A stretch of DNA of 64,000 nt. Origin: Phoronis australis. Its lineage: Eukaryota > Animalia > Phoronida. This document shows positions 1-13,092 of the stretch, piece by piece. The stretch spans positions 334,018-398,017 of the forward strand of contig NMRA01000416.1 of the NCBI GenBank assembly GCA_002633005.1, read 5' to 3'. Position numbers and translations under genes: made by a program. Position 1 is the first letter of the stretch. Every line of letters starts with the position of its first letter. Below the pieces are notes generated by a model. The model had not been told where the DNA came from and did no database searches. It was given only the letters and a program-made list of their open reading frames with translations.

Positions 1-1855
1 TTGATAGGTGATTTTTGACAATTAGAAGCTAATCTTTTAAGAAATTGCGATGCTTTACTGAACTTAGTTGCAGGGTGACATTGAGAAAATTCGACCTATC
101 ATCAGATCCGAAAATAGCAAAGTAATATACTAAACGATTTTTTGTCTTTCTGAAATAAGTCTCAAGGATATTGATGAATGACGGATAGCCCTACAAAGTG
201 TCCCAACATGTTCTCACAATTCAAATGACAATAAATTGTTTATTGACCTTGGAACTATATTCATAGTGGTCTAAATTCACACATCGTAGATCGAAAAAGA
301 AGTCCTTAATTCAATAAAATTGAAATCATTGCTCATTAACTTCACACTTCCTTTATGCTTTTAGCTTCCTGTAGTATTGCGCAATGAATTTTTGTTGTTC
401 AAAACCGAATCGTTTGTTTGCATTTCCCGTGCATACTACGCAGACGGAGCACGTCATGACTGACGCACTCACGTTGAAAATAAGTTGGAACCATGAGTAG
501 GCCTGAGCAGAATCATTGTGACCTCGGCAACTAACTTTGAACTCCATTTTTGGGACACACTCTGTATCATTTTGCTCAGCCACCAGAAATTGGATTACCC
601 GCCGTGTTTCAACTAGCAATTTTGAAACAGCCACCTTTTAGAAATTCCTTCAAAGAATGACCTTAATAAAATGAACTTTTCCCGAAACTGGATCATAATA
701 AAACGAATCTTAGAACCTGCGCAAACGGATAGGTACAAGGTACGAGCCAAGCTCCCCGTCTCAAGTGAATCATAGCTGAGCTGACCAGCGACTAGCTTTA
801 GTTCATCCAGTTTCGTAGTTTCACACTGTTAGATCTCAGTTAGTTACTTGAGGCAGCTCCCAGCTACCCGTCAGTGCTCTGGCCCTAGGCCCATTCTTTA
901 ACTGTGTGTGCAACCTTGTTGGTTCAGTTATACTCAAATCTGATAGCTCCATCCTCCGATTGTATCCCCCCACCTATGGCGAACGTCCGGGTTTCGGTTC
1001 AAATATGGCGGCATCCGGAGGACGATGGGGGGTTGGGGGCGAAGGGGGGGTTGGGGGTCCGGAAGTGGTGGCGATAGGAAAGTGGGGCAATTTGGTGAAG
1101 TCGAACTGGTTTGTGCTCCACCATTTTAATTTTTACCTTTCTTCGGGCATGCTTAAATAAAAACGTTTCGTAAATTTCGGCTCTACTTGTGTTATCCTTA
1201 TTTTACGGTTAATTTATAAGTTTTTTAAAGTAGACGGGAATTGTGCGGAAACCACATTGCATATGGCGAAGTTGAGTGAATACGCAGAATGCATGAGTCA
1301 TCTGCCATTCATCACGGGGGCCATTTTAGGTGGTGGCAAACCATAATGGTAAAAAGTAAACTAAAATCGTATTGAATACAGATATGTTTGAAAATATTTG
1401 GAGTTGTGTTTAATGAGTACTATTTAGCTTACTTTTTAACTACACTAATTTGCGTTAAAATCCGTTTGATGAAAGTTTTAACTACAATGAAAGGGAACGA
1501 GTATCTTTAAGAAACCTTTTTGTTCCTTCTTATGTACATTTCATCAAAAATGACTGAACTTAGCCATTCTTCTACGTTGTGTTGAAATTTTGGAAAGTTG
1601 ATTGCAGCTGGGAATTTCGAAAAACTCCAAAACTTAACTCATGCCTTTTGTATGACAAAGTGACTTTCTTTGGGCAACAGTTTGGACATTTAAACTTTCA
1701 GCCGAGACTGCAATGAAACTTTTTTTGTTCACCTTGATTGGATTCTCGTTTGTTGGCGAAAAAATGATAGCCATTATCGGCCAATTTCGTAAAATTTCTA
1801 AAATTCATGACGTTTTCAAGAGAACAAAACTCAACAAATGTTGTATCATACATAC

Positions 1856-2235
1856 TTAACTTCGGCACCGAAACCAGCCATTAAGTCGGGCAGAACTTGC
1901 AAAACCAGCTCTTCTGCGTCAATGCGCGTGGGCACTTTTATGCGTTCACGCGCCCAGAAATTTTGGTACTGTACTGGAGCGGCCATCGTGTACCATCTCT
2001 GCTTGTCAAGGTAACCGTCAGGTCTCTTATAACAAGGATGGATCCCGTTTCTCCTCGAATCGCCACCCTTGTTTAAAGTAGCGATGGCATATTGATGGTT
2101 TCCTAAACCATGATACCATATGAACTGGCCAACACCGTTGAGGTAGTGTTTGTCTTCCGCAGACAACGAGTTGATACCGAACACAAAAGGGCACGCATAC
2201 AGCAACGTCAGACACGCAAAAGCACCTCCTAACAT
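1856..2235 (-). CDS. First coding exon of a putative secreted AID/APOBEC-like (SNAD-type) deaminase-fold protein; partial gene
   Basis: Acceptor ctaatcgttatttttAG directly precedes AAAC-ATG (2235). Hydrophobic leader MLGGAFACLTLLYACPFVFG. Motifs QYAIATL ... YTMAAP ... DAEELVLQVLPDL occur in the order of the SNAD Q[FY]A[VI]/xxAxP/HxE motifs. The reading frame ends at donor AA|GTATGT (1855). The PCxxC exon is not found in the window. Confidence 0.55.
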
Positions 2236-3354
2236 GTTTCTAAAAATAACGATTAGAAGAAGTTGTTGACGTTGTAACTTGGGTTGACCTTGTTGCAAAA
2301 TTAACGCAACTTACAGATTTGTGCAAATACATGTAGGCCTTAGTCCCAATTTAAACCCTCCTTTCTTTCACGTCCGTGGCTACTTCAGGGGTCAACGGGA
2401 ACTTTGGGTCGAATCCTTCTCCAGATGTTCTGTTTCAGCAAAGTTCCCAAGAACACATTTGCACGCTTAGAAAGAATTTTAATTTAAAAGTTGGAAAAAA
2501 CAAGCCTCAAATATTTTGCTTTTTAGCCACTAATTGACAGTGCAGTATGATCAGAACAAACAATAAAACTACAGGACAGTATCGTGTCCGTGCCATTTCT
2601 AAGATGTCTGCTTCCTGAATCATTTTGTGCTTCTCAACCAAACAGGAGCTTTATGCCAACAGTTACACTGCTGAAAGATGAGTTATTATATGCGTGGATG
2701 AATTATTGGCATCAGGTCTAGGATTCCTCCCACAATTTTGAGCTTCTGGAATTTACAGGAATGACCTGACTCCTGAGACGAGTCAACTAAAGCTTACTGA
2801 TTTCCCAAGCAAGTAGGTCGAAAAATAGACAACTAAGCAAGTTGTCAGTTCTTTTTAACAGTGCTCAAAGAAAGGCTCACGTGCTGCCTTCAGAATGCAT
2901 GATGCGTATGGAAACGACGTGGGTTACAACTTACAGAGAACCAAACAAAGAAAAGGAAACATGAAAACTTTTCAAACTATGAAACATTGACTGATAAGTA
3001 CCGTAGATAAAAGAAAAACTATAAATTACGATTGAAATTCTCTTGTTTGAGGCATAGAAAAATTACTTTTTGCTTGAGGTCCGAGCTTTTCCTTATTTTG
3101 GAAATTTGCTCTTAATTGCTCTCCCTAATTCAAAGGCAATGGCGCAAGTTTCTAATGACTTGTAAACGATCAGTACTGCTTTTTATAAACTTCCAAGCCT
3201 ATTTTCAGACCATTTTAGTAAAAAGTGAAGTGTTTCAAATTCGAGACATATAAAAAGGCAAAAATTGTCCGCGGTCTAAATTTCATAATCAAGAAAATTC
3301 CTGAATTTTAGCTCAGATTTTGCTGAGTGGACCAAAATTTTGGAGACTGTCCCG

Positions 3355-3355
<1 letters not shown>

Positions 3356-3436
<81 letters not shown>
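3356..3436. repeat. (CA)n microsatellite
   Basis: About 40 CA units with one interruption; source of the spurious HT/VC ORFs. Confidence 0.98.
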
Positions 3437-3442
<6 letters not shown>

Positions 3443-3589
3443 TTCTTACATAAATGTGGTGGTTTGGGGTTTGACACATGCAGCAAGCATTTGTGCATCA
3501 CTCATGATGTTAATAGGAAAAGCTCAGAACTCCAAAGTAATTGATTAAAGTTCAATCAATTTTACTCAGTAATGACCGGGGCTCAAGCT

Positions 3590-4777
3590 TTAGTTGTTTG
3601 GTCTACACATATTCACAGGAACGGTGACTCAGTTAGTACCTTCAAAGGCAAAGGCAAAGCCAAAATTCTATAGTTGCTGTTGGACAGTCCTGCCAGAGCT
3701 GGGTTCAACATTTAAGTTTCCTGATCAACTCGTGGGGGACACTGAATTCTTTGTATACAAGCTCCGCAATGACTCATCGTCTACAGTTAACGAAACATGC
3801 TACCACATTATTCAGGCTGAAATAAGTGGTTCAATCGTCTTCACCTCCTAATCATACTTGTTTGCTGTTACATGCCTAAGGAGCAAACTGTCAATGTGCG
3901 ATTCATATACGAGCCTTGCAACAAACGGGATGGCTGTTGGAACCCGGTAATCTGAAAATTCACTGGATGACACTGCCATTAGCCCACAACAAGTCATGAA
4001 ATACGTTAACTGCAAACATGAACGTAAAAGTGGCTGGTACAAAAATTAGCTCTTGTTTGAAGTCAGGCATGCCATGTTGCGAACGTTCGAGAGCGCAGTA
4101 ACACGATTTCACAAAAAAAAAACATTTGCTGACGATGTTGATGAAGCCACGTGACAAGTGTGTGCTGTATTGTCAAAGATTTTAAAAATTGTAACATCAT
4201 AGAAAATATTGACAACATTCTGTTGCGCTCATTGTGATTGTCAGAACTGTATTCTGTGTCCCCTCCTCAGGCCGACAATGTGCCTGAGAATTTTGACAAT
4301 ATTAAAATGAAAGTGGTAAATTTAATGAAGAAGCATTAGAAATGTTACGTTATTCATAATTTGATTTAGGTATCAAATCTTAATGAAGTTCCAAATGGTT
4401 GAAAACATAGCTCTTTTGATATGAGCTCAGAATGTAATAGTGTGTTTTACGGCCAACAGGAGGCACTGCTAAAATATATATTTCTATAGACTTTCTTTCA
4501 ACTAATTTCATAATATTTATCACTTTTCTTGTCTAGTAACTTCAAATGAACAAAACTAAGTCAAATTATCGTTCAGTTTTTGCGCAGTGTTGTTAGTTTT
4601 TAAAGAAAATAAATTGGTTTTCTGTGCCAAATTTGGCAAAATGTCAAATTTCTCGAAGACGTGCGAGCCAAACCTTGGAAACTTCATAAATTTTTTAAGA
4701 GTATCATTTAATGACACAAAAGCCACCAAAATATATTACCCCCCAAAAATAGCCACGGAAGTGATTTTCTTGGCCTA
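3590..4777 (+). mobile_element. Degenerate Academ-type DNA transposon (3' part)
   Basis: Frameshifted translation gives GLHIFTG.DSVSTFKGKGK, PPNHTCLLLHA*GANCQCAIH, GWLLEP..LKIHWM and a Cys-rich end (VNCK..SCLKSGMPCC), matching the XPG-like nuclease and Cys cluster of Academ transposases. Ends in ...GATTTTCTTGGCCTA (4777), an Academ-type CTA terminus. Confidence 0.7.
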
Positions 4778-5399
4778 GTTGAATGGATTATGGCCTAAAA
4801 TAATTGCACGGTCTTTTGCAAAAGGCTCATTACAGCAAAAACGAGCTTTTCAGATTGTTGATGGTGGTAAGTGCTCAGCAGTACATGATCGTGTGCTGAA
4901 TCCTTGGAAAAATTTTGGGCATTGCAATAATAATCCTTAATCGCGTTTGAGGAATACAAACGCGCTCAAAGTTAAAGTGAATTAATGAAAATGACCAGTG
5001 AAACCCGGATTCGGCCTGTGACCTTGCAACCAGGGCCGAGTTCAATTACCATCTCGCGTCGTGAAAAATCTAGACATTGAAAGTACATGCGATATCTCGT
5101 GAAATCTTGCGAGATCTTGCTTTTCTTGCGAGACACTGGCGTTTCTGAACTCTATCCACAGATTACAGTTAGTGCTGACAAATCATAAACATATCCTTCA
5201 TAAAAAAGTCTTCTACATGTTATTGGGCATGCTACGAACTACAAAACGGAAACATGTCACAAGTTCAAAAAGCACAACAAGACAAATTATTTTAAAAACT
5301 CAAATCGACAATAAGTGAAACAAGAACAACGCGGAGCGTTGAAATGCGCTTACGAATGCACTGCAAACGGTGTGCTTGGAAAGGTGTTAATTTGTATCA

Positions 5400-6130
5400 T
5401 AAAAATGGCATTTAGATGGTTAAGAATACATTGAACCCATCCAAAAATTATTTGACAAATTTTATGAGAATCCGTCTAAGAACTCCAAAGGTACAAATGC
5501 AAACGTAAACAAAAGCAAACTGCCATTAGGAACTACAGTAGTAGTCGAATCCATCTATCTGCTTAATTACAACAATAGTCAAATCTATCTATCTGCTGTC
5601 AGGTTAATAGGAATACTGCAATTTTTTAAAAACATCTTGCAAGGGGTTTAGGAGATACAGCCTTTGATGGAAAAAAACGCCACTAGGGGGCACCTCAGTT
5701 GTTGAATCAGTTTGAAAATCCACGTCAGTCATGCTCCTGTCTGAAGGAACACATCTGCCGATTTTCATAATGATCCTCTGCGCGGTTTGGCAGATAAAGA
5801 AAAAGAAGACAATAAACAGAGTAAAAATAATTAGAATGGTCACTAGTTGGTACAGAATACCTCGAATCCACCCGAAAACTGTAGTGGAGGATAGCCTCAT
5901 CTCAGTAATAGATGCCTATGTGCCAATTTTCATGAAAATCAGTTGTGGATCTTTCACGGTTTGGAGATACAGGTGTAAACGTAAAAAAAATAAATTGCCA
6001 CTAGAAGGCACACCGGTAGTCGGATCCGCCCGAAATTCGTCGTCATCCGTCTTCAGCTTCATAAGAAAGCATCAACTAAATCTCATTAAGATGCTGTGAG
6101 GGGTTTAGGAGAAACTGTCGCGCAAGCCGG
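5400..6130. repeat. Interspersed repeat with GCCAAATTTCATGAAAATC / GCCACTAG modules (unclassified)
   Basis: An inverted homolog lies at ~53430-53770. Related modules lie upstream of MS4A-like copies 2-4 (~31400-32130, ~39880-40680, ~45400-46200). Confidence 0.6.
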
Positions 6131-6132
6131 GC

Positions 6133-6202
6133 GCCGGACACCAGTACGCTGGACACCTGTACGCCGGACGCCAGTACGCTGGACACCTGTACGCCGGACG
6201 CC
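6133..6202. repeat. 30-bp (2x15-bp) tandem repeat
   Basis: GCCGGACRCCAGTACGCTGGACACCTGTAC about 2.3 times. Confidence 0.9.
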
Positions 6203-6344
6203 GAAACAGAAATTACGGCAATATACATACATATAAATAATGGGCGCATAAAAATTCTTGGTTGTGATTTATTAAAACATTCTGTTTCCATTTTTGAAAA
6301 TGCTGTCATGGCAACCATCACTGAAAAAGGTAGCGTAGCATTGA

Positions 6345-7198
6345 GCCCCGGTTTCTATGCGTCCCGGATTCTTTGTGGCCCGGGTACTTTGTGTCCCGGG
6401 TTCTATGTGTCCCGGGTTCTATGTGTTCTGGGTTCAATGTGTCCCAGTATTTTTCGTTATAGTCCAGGTGCTAAGCTTACGAGCGTGCAAGTTTTAGATA
6501 CAATCGCCATTTGGGTCCATTGGACAATTTTGCGGTGCCTTTTCAATGCTGATGTAAATTGAACTCATTAATCCCGATTTGAACACATAATTTGGTAAAA
6601 AATCGGCCTAATAGCATAAATTACATGATGGCATATCTCTGCAACCACTTGACAGAATCCCAGTAGCTTTGGGTCAATTCTTTTGTTCATCAGGGTGCCC
6701 ATGATTATTTTTGACACTTTCGAGGTCATTCAAGGTCAGGATCGCGTGACAATTTCCGGACATCTTTAGCCAAAAACGTACATAACATTCAAACCACAGG
6801 CAGTATGTGCAGGTTTCATAAGAAATTGTCATACTTGGTCCAAACGACCATTTTACTATTTTGAATTGCCTTTTCAAACCTGATAAAAGGCAAAATAATT
6901 CAACCTCATTAAATCTAAATTGTCCCCCTGGAGAAATTGTCCTGCTTGCGTGTATTTGAATGAAGCACCCGTGTAATAATAACGCGCCCGTATGCTGGCA
7001 TTCAAATACATGCAGCTTGGACATTCTCTACAGGGGGACAATTACAACTATCACACGGGGACACACAGAACCAGGGACACATAGAACCCCGTCTGATGCA
7101 CAGGAAACTGGACACGTAGAACCCGGGACACGGAACCCCGATATGCATAAAACGGTACACATAAAGCCCTGGATACATAGAACCCGGGACACATCGGG
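6345..7198. mobile_element. MITE-like element with inverted arrays of a 16-bp subterminal repeat
   Basis: CCCGGGTTCTATGTGT repeats at 6345-6450 and their reverse complement ACACATAGAACCCGGG at ~7055-7198. Confidence 0.65.
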
Positions 7199-7978
7199 AT
7201 GACTCTGAAAGAAATGTCATCACATAAAATAAGTTTTATGATCCATATTCCCACTAAAAGGTAAATGTATCCCTAGCTTCCATGGATACCAAGGCAGGAT
7301 TTGGAAATATGGTGCAAACTTGAAAACTTGCTGGTTATAGGACTTACGGCAAACCGCCAAAATTATCTTTTTCTTTGGAAAGTTATTATAACGACAACGA
7401 GATGTCAAATGTAAGTACCTTTTAACGGTCGGAAGGCTCTAAACCTGTATGGGCTTTCTATCGTTAGTCAGAAACTTATCACGAATTTTTGTCACTGAAT
7501 GTGCCGCTTGGAGACCAGTGTCTGCCTTTCCTCCAGTAAGTGACACTTTACAAGTTACGAACCTGCCACATTGGTTTTCTGACTTTTTATGCTATATGCA
7601 TGAAACAGACAGAGATGTGCCAGATAATATACTCCTGAAGTGTGTTTTGTAGATATTTGTACTTGATAGTGAATGAGAACAAAGCCCGAGGTCGTTACCA
7701 TTCTGGCTGTCACTCCCCTCTGACAAGTTGGAGTATTCGTTGTTCATTACATCTTTTTGATAGGATATTTCGACACATAAATGTATATAAATTTATGCTA
7801 TTTCCCGGCCATATGCTCGTATGTCAACTAAAGTTACAACTGCACCTACCGAAATAAAACTAAACTGTCCGCAATGTTCAAATTTGAGCGCGTTTTTGCA
7901 GCAATGGCGAGAAAAAAACGATCTTTTATTTCTGCTCCCACATCTGGATTGAAAACTGCATTTAAAGCTAAAGTTTAA

Positions 7979-8526
7979 AGTGGTATAGAACATGGAAAAC
8001 TGTTAGACTAAATTGCGTTATTCAAAGTGTGCCTCTGTCACTGAAACAGAAGTTTAAACTGTTCACAGGTTATTTTTACAGTTTTTTCGTAAGGATTTTG
8101 ATTTTTTGTTGATGTCAAAGAATTTTTCCTTTAGTTTCAAATTTCAAAAAATTGATTTGTCAACTGCTCGTCACTACGTCTTTTTTCTCCCACACGACAA
8201 AGCGCGTCTCCTTATTTGGTATGGTAAGACATAGACGTGTCACATTTTCTTTATAAGGAAAATATGTCTTTTGACCTTCGAAGTGAACAAAACAATAGCG
8301 ATTTCAAGGAGCAGCCGATCTGAGTTGTTGAGTGCATGCGCTCATATATATTATTAGTTGAGGAGAATTTGAAAACTGTTTGGGATGAAAGAGTTTATAT
8401 TTCGTCCGTGTTTCAAAAATAGTGAATTATTGCATTATTGAAAGTGAATAACTCTCAGGTTAACATTCCCAAGTAGTGGATTAGCCACGGTCTGTTTTGT
8501 ATACGAAAGTTGCGTTCCATGCCTCT
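7979..8526. mobile_element. Kolobok-type non-autonomous element, copy A
   Basis: TTAA|AGTGGTATAGAAC ... GCGTTCCATGCCTCT|TTAA; internal sequence homologous to 23647-24259. Confidence 0.7.
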
Positions 8527-8930
8527 TTAAAAAACAAAAAATAAAAGTAAAATAAGAATTTCATTGTTTGATGATGATGCTGGTTCTTACTGTGAGGCTT
8601 GAAAAACGAGAAGAGACAACTCACTCAACAATAGGTAGAGCACGTGTGATTTTATATTAACAATAACACGGTAAGCTCAATGAGAGTCACCACATAACGA
8701 TGCGAGCCACCGGAGGATACTTCCCACGTGGGAGACGTTAAACAAATATTACGCTATCTTTTCGCAATGGCTCACTTTCTCTATTCCTACAAAGAGCTTG
8801 GGAACAACATTCCCTCAACTAAATCTGAGCTTGCAAAAACCACTTAACGGTATCGAGATAAGCAAAATGGTGAAAAATTACCTTCCGTTTGACATCCGTA
8901 TGACCGAGAGAATGTGATGAGCAATATTAT

Positions 8931-9017
8931 ATAGTTAAATGAGACCCCTATCAAATTAAATAGTTAAATGAGACCCCTATCAAATTGAATAGTTAAATGA
9001 GACCCCTATCAAATTGA
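8931..9017. repeat. 29-bp minisatellite x3
   Basis: ATAGTTAAATGAGACCCCTATCAAATTRA in three adjacent copies. Confidence 0.95.
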
Positions 9018-10399
9018 ATAATTTCTATTAGGATGTGTATGAACCGGATTTCAGACTTTTGAAAAAATAGTGTTTTTTGTGAACGGTATACAAGGTAAAT
9101 AACCCTTATTTAATATGATATGGCGGAACGAAGCAACCATTTATTCTCGCTATTCATTCTTGTGGGTACCAGCATATGGATGAAAAAGTTATTGTTGTCC
9201 GCAAAACTAGTTCTGGTACAGTATGCTATACCAGATTCAGCTCGTTCGGTACAATGCTCGTCAATCATCGTATAACATTACTTTGTCCTTATGATAATAC
9301 CACTTCATGCAACATAATTATCTCAAAAGCCAACCCTCGTCTTTTCTAATGGAAAGCATATCTACTAGAAACGTTTTTTTTTCACGAGCGTAAAATCATG
9401 CATTGAAAATAAGATTTCATGCACCCACGGAGACCGTTGACCACTGACATCTCAGCCCACAATATTTGAACGATCAGTCGATGAAAGTTTTTACTAATCA
9501 AAGATGCTAAAGCCCTGGTCCACTTTTTGATTGGCTAATACACGGAACATTACCCGTACCTAAGAAACGTACTTTTAAATCCATCTCGAATCATTTTGAA
9601 TTCCAGATGAACGATTGAACGTTATATTTTCACATCACCGACCCTAGCAGCCAATAAAATTTGCCTTGTATTTTAGAATTTCATTTGATGACTTTACAGA
9701 TAAATAACAACTAAATATCGAAATCCGATCTGTGCGTTTTTCCGTATAGACTCCAAGTATTTCAGAGACGGAATTTGGTAGTTGTTTTCGTATGATATTA
9801 AGATTTACCCGAGTGACGAGTCGGGTCTCCGGAACTGGGGTTCATGCCTGTGCACGTGCATTTATTTCGACGCGTGTGCGGAGTTGACTAGGAGCGTGGT
9901 CTGTGGATTTGCACCACGGAATCATAGTTTCCTAGGGTTTAGCGGATCCTTATAGCTGGCATTTGGAGGCACAGCCACGGGATCGTTTCTACCCCCTGAG
10001 AGTTTATGCATTGAAATTTCTATTATATATAAATATATGGTTTATGTTCTTTAGTCTTTTGTAGTTGCTTAGGCTGATTTTAAAACTGACCGATTGCTCA
10101 TCACGACGTTGTTTTTGTGTCTTCCAATTGTATGCCTGGGCTTTTAAGTTTACCTCTGTAACAAAAGCATTTTGGTATAGTCGTTAGACAATTAGATTTG
10201 CGTTTACGGAAAATATAAAAATATTGCACGTACAACGCGAGGCTCCGACCAGTTCTGATTTTAGCTGTGTAATCTATTCTTCAATTTTGTGAAATGCAAA
10301 TACGTACGCATTTCAAGTAACGTGCCTTTCAAGGCTTCGGTATAATTGTAAAAGGTCAGTGGAATCTGGTACTTACAACGTGCGATGCTTTTGTAGGTC

Positions 10400-10670
10400 T
10401 GTCACGACTGAGGCATAAAGTATAAGTTGCCGGTGTTTTTTTAGGCCTATATGAAGATAGGGGACACCAAGCGTAAGTTGTTGATGTTTAGGACCCCATC
10501 ACGGCGGGGACATAAATTACAAGTTGCCGGTGTTTTTGTTGGCCTACGACCGGGACGCCAAGTATATTCCCGGTGTCTTTATAGGCCTCATGGCAGTGTA
10601 TTTGAATGTCTTCATCACGACAGGGGAGCCAAATATAAGTTGACGATGTTTATGTAGGCCTATTTCACGG
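10400..10670. repeat. Degenerate ~45-55 bp minisatellite
   Basis: Recurring (A)TCACGRCRGGGAC..AA.TATAAGTTGCCGGTGTTTTTRTAGGCCTA units; one more unit resumes at ~12279. Confidence 0.75.
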
Positions 10671-10673
10671 CAG

Positions 10674-12276
10674 CCTCGTCCCCAAGCCTCAAGATGGCGC
10701 TCATTGGTTTAACCATTTGCTCGCTGTTTCGTTGCGGTGTCGCTGGGTGGTAGCCAGCACGCTGGTATCACTTAATTTTCCTCGGGAATTTTTTTACATC
10801 GGCGTTTCTAATTTGATGGTGGAATTCTTAATATGCAGCGCTTTAGTACGAAAACAAAGTGACATGACTGATGGAGGAAGTGTAAATGTGGTCTCTTGTA
10901 CAGACAAGTCGGTGTTTAAAATTCATGTTCCAGAAATGTGAAATCGTGGTTGCGCCTTTTCGGAGTGCATCTTTCTATTGTCGCTGAATTTTGTTTACGT
11001 TGCTGTCTTGTATTCATACAGTATGAATAACACACTAGTTAAATCGGCCACTGGGATGAGGGCGTGTTTTTTCAAGCATGAAACATTAGGTCTACCGCAG
11101 AAACGAAAGTTGCTGCTACGTCACTGGCTTGCATGACAAGGCTACGAATCGTTCATAGTCCGCCATTTTCTCACTTTGTTGTAAACCTAACCAATGATTG
11201 CCGAGGTTACATCAACCAATGATAAAGCGCATGCTGCTGCCTGCTACCTGCCTCGCTGGTTCCCTACGTGCCTAGCCAGTGCGCAGTTATCACGCAGAAG
11301 CACGCGCTTCATATTTGGTTGATGTGAGTGACCTCGGCAGTCATTGGTTAGCGTTACAGCAACGTGAAAAAATGGTGGACTATGAAGGATTTCTAGCCTT
11401 GTCATGCAAGTGGCGTAGCCGCTACTATTTCGTTTTTGCAGTAATGTTTAATAGCCGCGCGCATGAAGCACATACATGTACAATAAACACATAATTATCT
11501 GATCGATTAAACCGGTGTGTTATTCATACTGTAAGAACACAGGACAGCAACATAAACAAAAGACAGCGACAGTAGAAAGATGCACTTCGAAAAGGCGCAA
11601 CCACAATTTTCTGGGATTCATGTTGAAGAAATGTGAATCCCAGAAAATTGTGGTTGCGCCTTTTCGAAGTGCATCTTTCTACTGTCCACTTGCATGACAA
11701 GGCTAAACATCGTTGATAGTCTGCCATTTTCTCACTCTGTTTTAAAGCTAACCAATGACTGCCGAGGTTACATCAACTAATGATAAAGCGCGTGGTACAG
11801 CCTAAGGGCTACCTGCGTGCTGGCTACCAAGCGACACGCAAGGAAGCAGCGACGGTTATGGGAAATCCAATGTGTCAGTATTCTGACACATTTTTACGGA
11901 AATCGCCGGAAGATTGCGAGTAAGAAAACTTGGAAATTTTCTGCATTATAACATAAAAATGAAAACTAACGGTATAGTGTAGCAATTTAGGTCTAAACTA
12001 TTGCAGAATTGGTGCATTTTGATTCGAAAACAGAATAATTTCTATGATACTATCGAAGTATGCAAACAACAATCATTTCAAAAAATAACCAAAACAATGC
12101 ATACTGCTTCATGAATGGTAGCAACAACGCCTGTGAAAATAATTAAATTCTACCTTTGTTTTAATGGCGTCAAGTCAGCGGCCAACTATTGGGCAGAGCT
12201 GAGGTAATTCCCGTAACCAAACAAACCTCAAGTGGCTAAACCGATCAGCGCCATCTTGAGTCTGCGGACAAGGGTG
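10674..12276. mobile_element. Foldback/MITE-like element with nested inverted repeats
   Basis: Terminal arms CCTCGTCCCCAAGCCTCAAGATGGCGCT..TTGGTTTAACCA and TGGCTAAACCGATCAGCGCCATCTTGAGTCTGCGGACAAGG. Internal mirror 10940-11240 vs 11295-11610. Perfect 53-bp inverted repeat at 11568-11686. Confidence 0.7.
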
Positions 12277-12664
12277 ATATCACGGCAGGGACATAAATTG
12301 TAAGTTGCCCTTGTCACTTGACCCGGTAACAATCGTTATCTTCAGTTCTGTGTTGGCTGTACGGGTAACGTATGTTTGGCGGTCTCATTGAGATAACACT
12401 CATAGAATTCTGCGGAGCAGGAAGTTTAATGTTACCGTAGTTCACGAAATAAATGCCTTTGATCGGCTATATACAGTTGTGAGAAAGTTCACTGAGTTTC
12501 CCCTGATTGTGCATCTAAAACAAGCTAGGTTTATATCATGACGGAGATCTACAACTCTGGAGCTTGCATGGAAATTGATTTAGCTAATACTTGGGAGTAC
12601 CGGGTACTTGACTGAATTCGCCAGTTCCGCCACGTCATCAGGTTGGGACATCTGCTTCAGTGCT

Positions 12665-12724
12665 CAATTTGAGGACGCATTGCATGGCGACCTGCAGGTC
12701 GCCATGCAATGCGTCCTCAAATTG
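12665..12724. repeat. Perfect 60-bp palindrome with no spacer
   Basis: CAATTTGAGGACGCATTGCATGGCGACCTG followed immediately by its exact reverse complement. Confidence 0.97.
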
Positions 12725-13092
12725 TGTTTGGCGACCTGAAAAAAATCCCAAGTGGCCACCAAGTCGCCCCTGGGTATCAGAGTCAGACAGTAATAACTCA
12801 GAAATTCGTTTCAAAGTTTGTTTTTTATTCCAAATTAAACTTACTGAGTTTCCTAGATTTACTTTCCTTTGGTTCACAATTGTTCCGTTTTAGTCATGAA
12901 ATCAGCGCATTTGTCACCACAGCAGTCAGCACACAAAAAGACGCGCTTAAATTACAACAGAAAACAGGACTGTTCGACAAAAATGGGACAAGATCGGTAA
13001 AACACGCTTCTCCAGTGAATGAAAGGTGTGCGTTCTATCTTCACTGATAGGAGGAATCGTGTTAGAGAATGAACGGTAAATTTTAAGTAAAG

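Noticed and set aside
700-780. Minus-strand GAWLVPCTYP as the missing PCxxC exon of the SNAD-like gene
   Set aside because: No second Cys, no LYS/FYT strand before it, an early stop and no good acceptor; probably chance.
3276-3548. ORFs with HTHT/VCVC runs
   Set aside because: Translations of the (CA)n microsatellite.
8931-9017. 29-bp repeats (and 32-bp repeats at 34155-34250) as a CRISPR array
   Set aside because: The repeats are contiguous with no spacers, there are no cas genes, and the context is eukaryotic.
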